Positions 21,395 to 30,301 of a stretch of 64,000 nucleotides of DNA are shown here, piece by piece. Source of the stretch: an uncultured Clostridia bacterium (GTDB taxonomy: Bacteria > Bacillota > Clostridia > TANB77 > CAG-508); contig CAKPCF010000003.1 in assembly GCA_934141445.1 (NCBI GenBank), positions 34,196-98,195 on the forward strand. The letters are read 5' to 3'. The position numbers and the translations under genes are program-made. The notes beneath the pieces are model-generated. The model saw only the letters and a list, made by a program, of their open reading frames with translations. It was not told where the DNA came from and made no database searches. How positions within the stretch are numbered: the first letter of the stretch is position 1; each line of letters begins with the position of its first letter.

Positions 21395-22488
21395 GCTTTT
21401 GTTTCCTCCTGATTATTCAAATAAATAGTTTGTGTTGGATATGCTAAATCAATATTCTCTTTTTCTATTAGAGTTAACAAATCACATAATATTTCTTGTT
21501 TTATTTTTAAAAATTTCTCGTAATTTTTTTCTTTTACATATAAATATATTTTAATATCATTACTACAAGCTGTAATATCATTAAAATTTACCATAACACT
21601 TTCTGGAACAACATTTGGATTATTTTCTAAAACAAAAGTAATTTCTTTTACTATTTTTTTAATTTGTTCTGAGGTTGTTTGTAAACTTACTCCTAAAGTT
21701 AAATCAAATCTTCTTGTTGCTAATTTATTCCAATTTGTAACATAAGATGAAGCTATTGTTGCATTTGGGATATTAATTATAGAATTACTAACTGTTTTTA
21801 TTCTTGTACTTCTAAAAGTTATATCTGTAACTGTACCAGCAAAGTCACCAACTTCAATCCAATCACCAATATTGAATGGTTTATCTGTTAATATTGCAAT
21901 TCCACTAAGTAGGCTTTTTACTAAATCTTGGGCAGCTAAAGCAATCACAGCACTACCAATTCCTAAACCAGCTGCTAAACCATTCAAGTCAATTTTATTC
22001 ATATATAAAATTATGAAGAAAGATACAATCCATATAAAACCTCTAATAATTTTGCAAATAAAATTATTTACCATTTTATTTGATGAATAATTTGTAAGAG
22101 ATTTAAAAATAATTGACTTTGGAGAAATAGCAGATGTAATACATTTTGTAATAAAAATCATTACAATTATTTTAAATACATCATTAGCTATTACCATAAT
22201 TTGTGAATTTACTGGTAAAATTCTTATTGATAAATATAAACCAACTAATGCAAAAAAAGTTCTAAGTGGTTTATACATAGAATTTTCTTTTACATCTTCC
22301 TTTTCCCTTTTTATTTTGTTTATGATTTTTAAAATTATTCTTGCAAACAATCCTCTTAATAAGAAAAATACTATTGCAACCGCTATTGCTATTTGAATAT
22401 CAAATATTGCTATTAAGTTTTTTATATCTATACTGGTTAATTTAGCTTTTAAAGCTTCCATACTTCCTCCATTTATTTTTTCGTTCAT
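21391..22488 (-). CDS. MscS-family mechanosensitive channel
   Basis: Several N-terminal TM helices followed by the MscS beta-domain pattern ILTDKPFNIGDWIEVGDFAGTVTDITFRSTRIKT. Confidence 0.8.
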   Translation of the reverse strand: MNEKINGGSMEALKAKLTSIDIKNLIAIFDIQIAIAVAIVFFLLRGLFARIILKIINKIKREKEDVKENSMYKPLRTFFALVGLYLSIRILPVNSQIMVIANDVFKIIVMIFITKCITSAISPKSIIFKSLTNYSSNKMVNNFICKIIRGFIWIVSFFIILYMNKIDLNGLAAGLGIGSAVIALAAQDLVKSLLSGIAILTDKPFNIGDWIEVGDFAGTVTDITFRSTRIKTVSNSIINIPNATIASSYVTNWNKLATRRFDLTLGVSLQTTSEQIKKIVKEITFVLENNPNVVPESVMVNFNDITACSNDIKIYLYVKEKNYEKFLKIKQEILCDLLTLIEKENIDLAYPTQTIYLNNQEETKA

Positions 22489-22511
22489 TTATTGTTTTTA
22501 TATTATATATT

Positions 22512-22547
22512 AAAAAATGCAAAAAGTATATCTCTTTTTGCATTTTT
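22512..22547. terminator. bidirectional-looking hairpin terminator
   Basis: A 13-bp stem aaaatgcaaaaag(22514-22526)/ctttttgcatttt(22534-22546), flanked by an A-run and a T-run. It lies between the Spo0E-like ORF and the MscS gene. Confidence 0.55.
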
Positions 22548-22625
22548 ATTTATAATATTTGATTGAATTATTTTTTACTAAATTAAATATCCATTTATTA
22601 TAATATATATTGTTTCAGTTTGTGA

Positions 22626-22775
22626 TTAGTTTATTTTATATATCTTTTGTTCGTAGAATTTTGCAATCAACTCATCTAATTCTACACTAATATTGTATAT
22701 GATTGCATAATCTTTTCCTTCGCTAATGCTTTCATTAAGACGGTCTCTTAATTTACAAATTTCATCATTTAACAT
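22626..22775 (-). CDS. Spo0E-family aspartyl-phosphate phosphatase-like small protein
   Basis: Hand translation: MLNDEICKLRDRLNESISEGKDYAIIYNISVELDELIAKFYEQKIYKIN (49 aa). Strong RBS AAGGAGAG lies 7 nt upstream. The pattern (I..LR..L.......-...I...S.ELD.LI..Y) matches the Spo0E-like family. Too short for the supplied ORF track. Confidence 0.6.
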   Translation of the reverse strand: MLNDEICKLRDRLNESISEGKDYAIIYNISVELDELIAKFYEQKIYKIN

Positions 22776-23035
22776 ACAATCACTCTCCTTAAAAACATTT
22801 TTTCCTTAGTACAGTTTTAAAATAACATATTGCTCCAGCAATGTCAATAAAATAACAGTTTCTGCTGTCTTTTTCGTATGACAAAATTCGATTTATTCTA
22901 CAAATTATGACATTTTTCACTTTATTTCCACTTTTTCTGTAAAAATCCACCTTTACAATTTGCAATATTATATATCTTTTCAAACTATATAATTTCAAAT
23001 AAAATCTTACTTTTTTACCAAATATTGCATAATTA

Positions 23036-23812
23036 TCAATTTATTTTATTTTTACATAAAGAAATAATCGAATATATAAATATAATCAAAGATACAATTT
23101 GTGAAACTCTAAATCCAAAAAACATAAGGCTATCCTGTCTTAATCCTTCCAAGAAAAATCTAGCAAATGAATATAATAATAAATAAGTAAAACATATTTC
23201 ACCAGAAAATTTTCTATTTTTTTGTAACCATCTTAAAACCAAAAATATTAGTAAACAAATTATACTTTCATATAGAAATACTGGATGTACTTCAGTATAC
23301 CCAATTTCTGTTATTATTCCCATTCTCAAAAAGCTTTGCGTTTGGCTTCCATAAGCTTCCACATTGAAAAAGTTTCCCCATCTTCCAATACTTTGAGCAA
23401 TACTTACAAATGGTACTATGTAGTCTAAAAAATCCAACACTTTAATGTCATATTTTTTGCACATCTTCACAATGGTAATCATTCCAGCAATAATTCCACC
23501 ATAAATCGCAAGTCCACCATTTTTTATATTTAAAATTTCAACTATATTTTGAGAATAATATTCAAAATTAAAAATTATATAATATATCCTTGCACCAATT
23601 ACTCCAAATACTAGAGTAATTAACATTATTTCAAGCATTTGATTATAGTCTATATAAAACTTCTCTTTGCTTAATTTTGCTAAAATTAAAGCAACTATAA
23701 CTCCAAACACAATGCAAACAGCATACCAATACACATTCATATTAAATATGCTGAAAGCTATTTGTGGTACTTGTAAATTTATACCTAATTCTGGAAAAGT
23801 AACTATTTTCAT
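23036..23812 (-). CDS. lgt: prolipoprotein diacylglyceryl transferase
   Basis: Polytopic 258-aa protein with the Lgt signature GRWGNFFNVEAYG and GARIYY. Confidence 0.9.
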   Translation of the reverse strand: MKIVTFPELGINLQVPQIAFSIFNMNVYWYAVCIVFGVIVALILAKLSKEKFYIDYNQMLEIMLITLVFGVIGARIYYIIFNFEYYSQNIVEILNIKNGGLAIYGGIIAGMITIVKMCKKYDIKVLDFLDYIVPFVSIAQSIGRWGNFFNVEAYGSQTQSFLRMGIITEIGYTEVHPVFLYESIICLLIFLVLRWLQKNRKFSGEICFTYLLLYSFARFFLEGLRQDSLMFFGFRVSQIVSLIIFIYSIISLCKNKIN

Positions 23813-23846
23813 CTTTAATCACATTCCTTCCTTAAAAGATAAAAAT

Positions 23847-25130
23847 TTATCTTTCTTCTTTCAAAGGTTTAACTACTGACATAACACTTTTATCTTCTAA
23901 AAATACTTCTTTTAATATTTCTTCTGCATTTTCTTTAGTAAGAGTATTAAATTCCTCAAAATATGCAAAAGGCTCTATTCCCTTCATGTAATCTGTTATT
24001 AAACTGTTTGCAACAGCACCTATATCATTATATTCTTTTACATATTCACCATAAAGTTTCTTTTTAATTCTTGTAAATTCTTTTTCATCGAAGCCAGTAT
24101 TTTTAAATTTTTCTATTTCACTTTTAATTCTTTCTATTACTAATTCTGGATTATCTGATTGTCCTTGAATTAAAAAATGTGCATAATTTCTAGAGAATTC
24201 ATAGTCATAGCTAAGCTCTGTGTATAGTAATCCCTCATTATATAATTCTTGATATAGTTTTGAACTTTTTCCTAAAATTAAATAAAATATAATATCCGTC
24301 GCTAAATCTTTTTTAGTAAATTTTTCTATTTCAACTTTATCTTTATATCCAATCATGAATAATGGTAAACTAATTTGCATTTCTGTTTCAGCTTGTTTTT
24401 GAAAAATTTCATCTGGTTCTTTTTCATATAATCTTTTAATTTCAGTATTGTTTCTTGGTAATGTGATTCTTTTTGAAATTTCTTCAATAATTTCTTTTAC
24501 CTCAAAATCTCCACATACTGCCATTACCATATTATCTAGTCTATAAAATGTATTATAAATCTTATATAATTTTTCTTTATCAATTTTTGCAATTGTTTCT
24601 TTTGTACCAGCAACATCAATTCTTATAGCATTTTTTGAATACATACACTTTATTGCATTCATGTATAACTGCCAATCTGGATAATCGTTATACATCATTA
24701 TCTCTTGTCCTATAATTCCACGTTCTTTTTCAACATTTTCATCTGTAAAATAAGGATTTTGTACATAATTCATAAACTCATCTAATGCTTTATAAAAATT
24801 ATCTGAACATTCATATAAATATGCTGTCATATTATTTCCTGTATATGCATTAGCATCAACACCCAAGCTAGACAATACATCTAAACTATTTTTTCCATTT
24901 TCTTGTTCAAATAACTTATGTTCCAAATAATGTGCAATTCCATCTGGCACAACAGTTTCCTCACTATCTCCTGGGCTAATAAAATGATTATCTATAGAAC
25001 CAAATCTTGTACCCCATATTATATATTTCTTTTGAATATTTTTTCTTGGAAAAACAAGTACAGTTAATCCATTTTCCATTTTTTCTATATATACTTTTTC
25101 TTGTATTTTGTTATTTTCTATAATTTGCAT
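23847..25130 (-). CDS. M16-family zinc peptidase (active-type subunit)
   Basis: Inverted zincin motif HYLEH (HxxEH) in GIAHYLEHKLF; about 427 aa pitrilysin-like. Confidence 0.85.
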   Translation of the reverse strand: MQIIENNKIQEKVYIEKMENGLTVLVFPRKNIQKKYIIWGTRFGSIDNHFISPGDSEETVVPDGIAHYLEHKLFEQENGKNSLDVLSSLGVDANAYTGNNMTAYLYECSDNFYKALDEFMNYVQNPYFTDENVEKERGIIGQEIMMYNDYPDWQLYMNAIKCMYSKNAIRIDVAGTKETIAKIDKEKLYKIYNTFYRLDNMVMAVCGDFEVKEIIEEISKRITLPRNNTEIKRLYEKEPDEIFQKQAETEMQISLPLFMIGYKDKVEIEKFTKKDLATDIIFYLILGKSSKLYQELYNEGLLYTELSYDYEFSRNYAHFLIQGQSDNPELVIERIKSEIEKFKNTGFDEKEFTRIKKKLYGEYVKEYNDIGAVANSLITDYMKGIEPFAYFEEFNTLTKENAEEILKEVFLEDKSVMSVVKPLKEER

Positions 25131-25143
25131 AAATTCAAACCTC

Positions 25144-26418
25144 CTAATCTCTTAAAAAATAAATTGTATTTATTTGAATTTGATTTGCGAAATCTATTAT
25201 TTCTTGCTTTGTAACTTTTTCTATATTTTTTAAATAAGTATCTAAATCAACATTTGTCTTAGATATTTCTTGACCAATATAATATACAACTTCAGTGTCT
25301 TGTTCTTCACTAACAGATTTAATTCCAGATATTAAATATTTTTTAGCATTATTTATATCTTCATCTGAAAAATTACCATTCTTAATATTTTCTAATTGTT
25401 CTTTTATTATATTTAATGCTTTTTCATAATTTTCTATTTCTATACCACAACGAATAAAAATATTCATTTTCTGTTTAACCAAATTAGATTTTGTACTATA
25501 AGCTAAACTAGCTTTTTCTCTAACATTTTGGAAAAGCATCGAATTTGCTCCATCACCTAATATAGAATTATATACTAAAGCTATACATTGTAAATTTTCT
25601 TGTTTACTTAAGATATCCATTCCTATTACTAATTTACCTTGAGTAATATTCATTTCTTCAGTAATTTCCTTAGGTTTATCCACAATTTGTTTAATTTCTG
25701 TGAATTCATTATTTAATACATAATTCTCTGCCCTTGGAATTAAATTCTTTATATTTTCATTTTCTATAAAAACATTTTTAACATAGTTTTCGTTCAAGTT
25801 TCCTGATACAAAAATGTCTATTTTAGCTGTTTTTAATAATTTAAAATATTGTTCTGTTATATTTTCTTGGTTTATATTATCTACATCTTCAATATTTCCA
25901 AATTTAAATAATCCAAATCCCTCATTATTATACATTGTACTTATACAATTTTCTAATGCATAAAAATCTTTATCATCAATTTTGCTTTCAATAATCTTTT
26001 TCAATTTTTCTTTTTCAGTTTTTAAAAATTCTTCTCTGAAAAGTCCATTTTCTAAATTAGGATTAAATATTATATCTAATAATAATTTAATTGATTCATC
26101 AATTAGACTTCCATCAACTATATATTCATCTCTTATACTTTCTACATAGAATTTCAACACTTGATTATCGCCAATTTTATCAACACCACATTCAAAAGAA
26201 GTTCCGTATAAATCATCTAATTTTTTGCTAATTTCTTCTTGCGTTTTATAATTTTTGCTCCCTCTTTTTAATAAAAATGGTATTAAAGCATTTTTTGTAA
26301 CTGTATCTTTATTAAGTGGTGTAGTTAATAATACACATACTAAATTAGTTTTAAAAAGATTTGTTGGAATAAAATGTAAATTTATTCCTTGTTTTATTTC
26401 TATTTTTTTATCACCCAT
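25144..26418 (-). CDS. M16-family peptidase-like protein (lacks HxxEH; probable non-catalytic partner)
   Basis: Same length class and tandem position with the HxxEH-bearing paralogue. I find no HxxEH in its sequence. Confidence 0.7.
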   Translation of the reverse strand: MGDKKIEIKQGINLHFIPTNLFKTNLVCVLLTTPLNKDTVTKNALIPFLLKRGSKNYKTQEEISKKLDDLYGTSFECGVDKIGDNQVLKFYVESIRDEYIVDGSLIDESIKLLLDIIFNPNLENGLFREEFLKTEKEKLKKIIESKIDDKDFYALENCISTMYNNEGFGLFKFGNIEDVDNINQENITEQYFKLLKTAKIDIFVSGNLNENYVKNVFIENENIKNLIPRAENYVLNNEFTEIKQIVDKPKEITEEMNITQGKLVIGMDILSKQENLQCIALVYNSILGDGANSMLFQNVREKASLAYSTKSNLVKQKMNIFIRCGIEIENYEKALNIIKEQLENIKNGNFSDEDINNAKKYLISGIKSVSEEQDTEVVYYIGQEISKTNVDLDTYLKNIEKVTKQEIIDFANQIQINTIYFLRD

Positions 26419-26672
26419 TCTCTTCTCCTATAAAAATTTATATATATTATTTCCTTAATTTTACATCATATACTATAAATGCAATTTGATTATAGCATAA
26501 CTAAAAATAAAAGTATATTCTACATTTGTTTTAATTTAAATTTTAGTAATTTTTTTATTATAACAACATAGTATGTATAAAGAAGATTTTTATATGTAAA
26601 TATTTGAATATTTTTATTATCAACAATAAAAGTAGCATTTTCAAAATTTTGTAAAATTTGTTTATTTACCTA

Positions 26673-26701
26673 TTGACTTTTGCATTTTTTTTTGGTATCA
26701 T
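26673..26701 (+). promoter_or_regulatory. sigma-A-type promoter of the tRNA-Gly/tRNA-Cys unit
   Basis: TTGACT (26673-26678), 17-nt spacer, TATCAT (26696-26701), 31 nt upstream of the tRNA. Confidence 0.55.
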
Positions 26702-26732
26702 AATAATGCTTTCACGAAAGCACATAGAAAAT

Positions 26733-26808
26733 GCGGGAGTAGCTCAGTTGATAGAGCGTCGCCTTGCCAAGGCGAAGGTCGCGGGTTTGAGCCCCGTTTC
26801 CCGCTCCA
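26733..26808 (+). tRNA. tRNA-Gly (anticodon GCC)
   Basis: Hand-folded cloverleaf: acceptor GCGGGAG/TTCCCGC, D arm GCTC..GAGC, anticodon stem TCGCC/GGCGA with loop TTGCCAA, T arm GCGGG/CCCGT, encoded CCA. Confidence 0.93.
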
Positions 26809-26840
26809 TTTTTTTATTATAAACATTTAAATACATATTT

Positions 26841-26914
26841 GGCGCCTTAGCCAAGCGGTAAGGCACGAGTCTGCAAAACTCTGATGATCGGTCCGACTCC
26901 GATAGGCGCCTCCA
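26841..26914 (+). tRNA. tRNA-Cys (anticodon GCA)
   Basis: Acceptor GGCGCCT/AGGCGCC, D loop AAGCGGTAA, anticodon loop CTGCAAA, T arm ATCGG/CCGAT, encoded CCA. Confidence 0.9.
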
Positions 26915-26921
26915 AACAAAG

Positions 26922-26962
26922 AAACGATAAAATGTTGGTAATCAGCATTTTATCGTTTTTTT
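26922..26962 (+). terminator. rho-independent terminator of the tRNA unit
   Basis: Stem aaacgataaaatg(26922-26934)/cattttatcgttt(26946-26958) followed by a T-run to 26962. Confidence 0.75.
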
Positions 26963-26978
26963 ATTTTTATATATGAAA
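26950..26978 (+). repeat. left copy of 29-nt direct repeat flanking the RhuM pseudogene (overlaps the 3' arm of the tRNA terminator)
   Basis: ttatcgtttttttatttttatatatgaaa; it recurs at 28052-28080 with one mismatch. Confidence 0.8.
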
Positions 26979-26996
26979 CACAAATGTAACAAAATC

Positions 26997-28011
26997 TTAT
27001 TTATCTATTTTTTTACACTCATTGATAATTCTGTCAAAATCAGAAATATATTGTTTATCTTGCTCAACCCTAAATTTTTCAAATTCGCTTTCTGCAAATT
27101 GCTTTGCTTTTTCAGCAGATATGCTACCTTTATCTTGTAAAATATCATATCTATTTGTTTTTAACATTATATCTAATTCTTCTACCCAATCTTTCATTTT
27201 CATAGGTATTTGCCTCTTTGCTCTATTTTCTGCAATATCCAAATACATATTTACTATATCCTGTAAAAATTCTAATTCTTTAGAAGTAAGATAGTTTTTT
27301 GCAATAGATACATCACTTTTTAAAATTTTGCCGTTAGGAGAATGTTTCCAAGAAGTTAGTCCCATATATTCCTTTTGGCTACTAGCTCTATGGTAAATAA
27401 TTTCAGCAGCTGTTTCATTTGTTATTGCATAATGAAATTTATTCTGGATTGTAGCATAAAAATCATTTGCAATTTCAGAATTTTTATTATAATCAATACT
27501 ACACTCTGCAAAAATATCTGTCACCTTTTGATAAAATCTTCTTTCACTTGTCCTAATTTCTTTGATTATTTCCAATAACTCATCAAAGTAATCTTTACCA
27601 AATTTGTTTGGATTCTTCAACTTTTCCTTATTTATACTATATCCTTTTATAATATATGATTTTAAAACCTCTGTTGCCCATTGTCTAAATTTTGTTGCTT
27701 TTTTTGAATTTGTCCTATATCCGAACAGCGATTATCATATCTAAATTGTAATAATCAATATTTCTATTAACTTTACGATTTCCTTCAATTTGAACTGTTG
27801 GGAATTTCCCAACAGTTGAAATTTTATCTAATTCTTGTTCTTCAAAAATATTTTTTATATGCTCACTTATTGTAGATTTATCCTTTTCAAATAATTCTGC
27901 AATTTTATTAAGTGGTAACCAAATAGTTTCATTATATAAAAACACTTCTATTTCTATTTTGCTATTTTCATCTTCGTAAATAATTAAATCACCTTTTGTT
28001 AAATTTTGCAT
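26997..28011 (-). pseudogene. RhuM-family (virulence-protein RhuM-like) gene disrupted by a single 1-nt frameshift
   Basis: The two track ORFs (27715-28011 and 26997-27620) are the N- and C-terminal parts of one protein. Hand translation shows ...YYNLDMIIAV then RI-stop. Removing one base near 27721-27723 restores ...AVGYRTNSKKATKFRQWATEVLKSYIIKGYSINKEKLKNPNKFG..., the conserved RhuM core. Confidence 0.75.
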
Positions 28012-28051
28012 ATAATAAACCTTTCTTTATAAGTATTTTATGTCACTCATA

Positions 28052-28080
28052 TTATCGTTTTTTTATTTCTATATATGAAA
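28052..28080 (+). repeat. right copy of the 29-nt direct repeat
   Basis: ttatcgtttttttatttctatatatgaaa; 28/29 identical to 26950-26978. It lies 6 nt from the stop of the CNNM-type gene. Confidence 0.8.
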
Positions 28081-28086
28081 TATTTT

Positions 28087-29391
28087 CTATTCATCATCAT
28101 CTTCATTCGCTAATACTTTGCAAATTTTTACACTTGCAATTCTATTATCTTCAAATTTTTCTACTTTGTATATTGCTTTATCTGTTTCTATTACTGGTTT
28201 TTCTTTGGCTTTAGGAATTCTACCAAGTTCCTCTAAGATATAGCCTGAAAGTGTATCATAATCACCATCTGGAATCTCTATATCTAATATTTTTTCTAAT
28301 TCATATATTGAAATTGAACCATCAACAAGAAAAGTATTTTCATCTATTTTTTCATATTTTTCTGTTGGAGTATCATATTCATCATATATTTCACCAACTA
28401 TTTCTTCCAATATATCTTCCATTGTAACAACACCTGCAGTACCACCATATTCATCTACAACAATAGCAATTTGTTTTTTATTCTTTTGAAATTCTTTAAA
28501 TAATTCATTGATTTTCTTTGTCTCTGGTACAAAATATGCTTCTTTTATCAAAGATTTTATTTTAGTATTTCTATTTTTATTTGATAATAAAATATCTCTC
28601 AAATATGCAACGCCTTTTATTTCATCAATTGTTTCATCATATACTGGTATTCTACTATATCCTCTTTCTTCTGTAAGTTCCTCTATTACTTCACCAATTG
28701 ACATATTCTCATCTACTGCAAACATATTTGTTCTATCTGTCATTATTTCAGATACAGTTCTATCATTAAGTTCAAAAACATTATTTATCATTTCTTTTTC
28801 ATCTTTTTGAATAGTACCTTTTTCTTGTCCAGCATCAACCATCATTCTTATTTCTTCTTCAGTAACTGTACTCTCATCATTTTCAGTTACTCCAAATATT
28901 TTTGATACTATGTTAGTCGAAAATGTTAAAAATTTAACAAAAGGAGCTGTTATCACAGAAATTACTTTTATGATTCCTATTGAAGCAAAAGAAATTTTTT
29001 CAAAGTGTTTCATTGCTAATCTCTTTGGTACTAATTCTCCAAATATTAAAGTGAAATAAGATAAAATAATTGTTATTAAAACAAGTGAAATTCCACGCCA
29101 TGTTGAAATACTCAAACTTGGAATTAAATTATTTAATTGTGGAGCTAACTTATCAACAAATGTATCAGCTGCAAAAGCACTTGACAAAAATCCTGCTAAA
29201 GTTATTCCAATCTGAATCGTTGCTAAAAATTTGCTTGGATTTTTTAACATTTTCTCAATTGATTTTGCTTTTTTATTTCCTTCTTTCGCCATTTTTTCAA
29301 TTTTGGCATCATTTAATGAAATAAATGCAATCTCTGCTGCGGCAAAAAAAGCATTTACAAAAATTAAAATTATCAATATTGTTATTTGCAT
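28087..29391 (-). CDS. CNNM/HlyC-CorC family transporter (DUF21-CBS pair-CorC_HlyC)
   Basis: N-terminal 4-TM DUF21-like region (AAAEIAFISL), tandem CBS-like segments and a CorC/HlyC-type C-terminal domain. Confidence 0.85.
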   Translation of the reverse strand: MQITILIILIFVNAFFAAAEIAFISLNDAKIEKMAKEGNKKAKSIEKMLKNPSKFLATIQIGITLAGFLSSAFAADTFVDKLAPQLNNLIPSLSISTWRGISLVLITIILSYFTLIFGELVPKRLAMKHFEKISFASIGIIKVISVITAPFVKFLTFSTNIVSKIFGVTENDESTVTEEEIRMMVDAGQEKGTIQKDEKEMINNVFELNDRTVSEIMTDRTNMFAVDENMSIGEVIEELTEERGYSRIPVYDETIDEIKGVAYLRDILLSNKNRNTKIKSLIKEAYFVPETKKINELFKEFQKNKKQIAIVVDEYGGTAGVVTMEDILEEIVGEIYDEYDTPTEKYEKIDENTFLVDGSISIYELEKILDIEIPDGDYDTLSGYILEELGRIPKAKEKPVIETDKAIYKVEKFEDNRIASVKICKVLANEDDDE

Positions 29392-29438
29392 ATATCTTCT
29401 ATGTAATTAAATTACACAAAACACCCCTTTCTTTTGTT

Positions 29439-30263
29439 CTATTTATTTACTTTTATAAAATTAAAGTCATTTTTACCATAATTATTTAAAATTATTATAT
29501 ATCCATCTTTTATATTTCCATCTGAATTTTCAAGTACAATATCCAAATACAATCTACAAAAATATTCTTCATTCATATTATTTATAATATGAATGTCCAT
29601 ACTTAATTTAGGTGTAATATTTTTTAAATTAACATTTGCATCTTTTAAAATGCTTCCATTGAAAGAAACTCTTTTGTTTTCTTCTGATATTTCAAAATTT
29701 TTAAGTATATCTGCATTTACAAATTCTAATGTTATAGGATTTGTGCAATCTGTAAAGTATTTTGCTATATTATTATCGTTTACAACTTCACTATTTGAAT
29801 GAATAATGTTGAAGTCTATTTTATCAGAATCTAAATCATCTATATCTGAATATTTTCCAAATAGTTTTGGAGATTTATAATTTAACTTCAAACTTGCATT
29901 TTCATTTGTCGTTTCTAGCTTTATATTATCAATATATAATTGATTAACAGTATTTCTTTCTGTTAAATCCTGTTGATTACTTTTATTATCTATATAAATT
30001 GCTATATCTGTATATTGTGAAATTGATAAATTTTTCAAACTACTATCTTGACTATTGTCTTTTGCAGTTGCACTACTATACATCAAAATTTGATTTATTC
30101 TGAAATTCGAATTTTTATTATCATTAAAGTTAGCAACGATTTGATTTGAAAATTCTTGTATTGCTTTATTCTTTTTAAAAATGTAATAATAGCACAAAAT
30201 TACTAATATTATAATTGCAATTATAATAACAGTTTTTACAATTTTTTTTATATTATTTTTCAC
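29439..30263 (-). CDS. hypothetical N-terminally anchored extracytoplasmic protein
   Basis: A single N-terminal TM (VIIIAIIILVILCYYYIF) followed by an N/S/D-rich soluble part. No recognised motif. Confidence 0.55.
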   Translation of the reverse strand: MKNNIKKIVKTVIIIAIIILVILCYYYIFKKNKAIQEFSNQIVANFNDNKNSNFRINQILMYSSATAKDNSQDSSLKNLSISQYTDIAIYIDNKSNQQDLTERNTVNQLYIDNIKLETTNENASLKLNYKSPKLFGKYSDIDDLDSDKIDFNIIHSNSEVVNDNNIAKYFTDCTNPITLEFVNADILKNFEISEENKRVSFNGSILKDANVNLKNITPKLSMDIHIINNMNEEYFCRLYLDIVLENSDGNIKDGYIIILNNYGKNDFNFIKVNK

Positions 30264-30301
30264 ATTTTCTCCTTACCCATACTTATTCTTAGATTAAAAT
30301 T

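Noticed and set aside
22789-22998. A 69-aa minus-strand ORF in the 260-bp gap between the Spo0E-like ORF and lgt.
   Set aside because: No convincing RBS, an odd basic/Cys-containing composition and no recognisable motif. It is probably non-coding promoter or leader DNA for the neighbouring genes.
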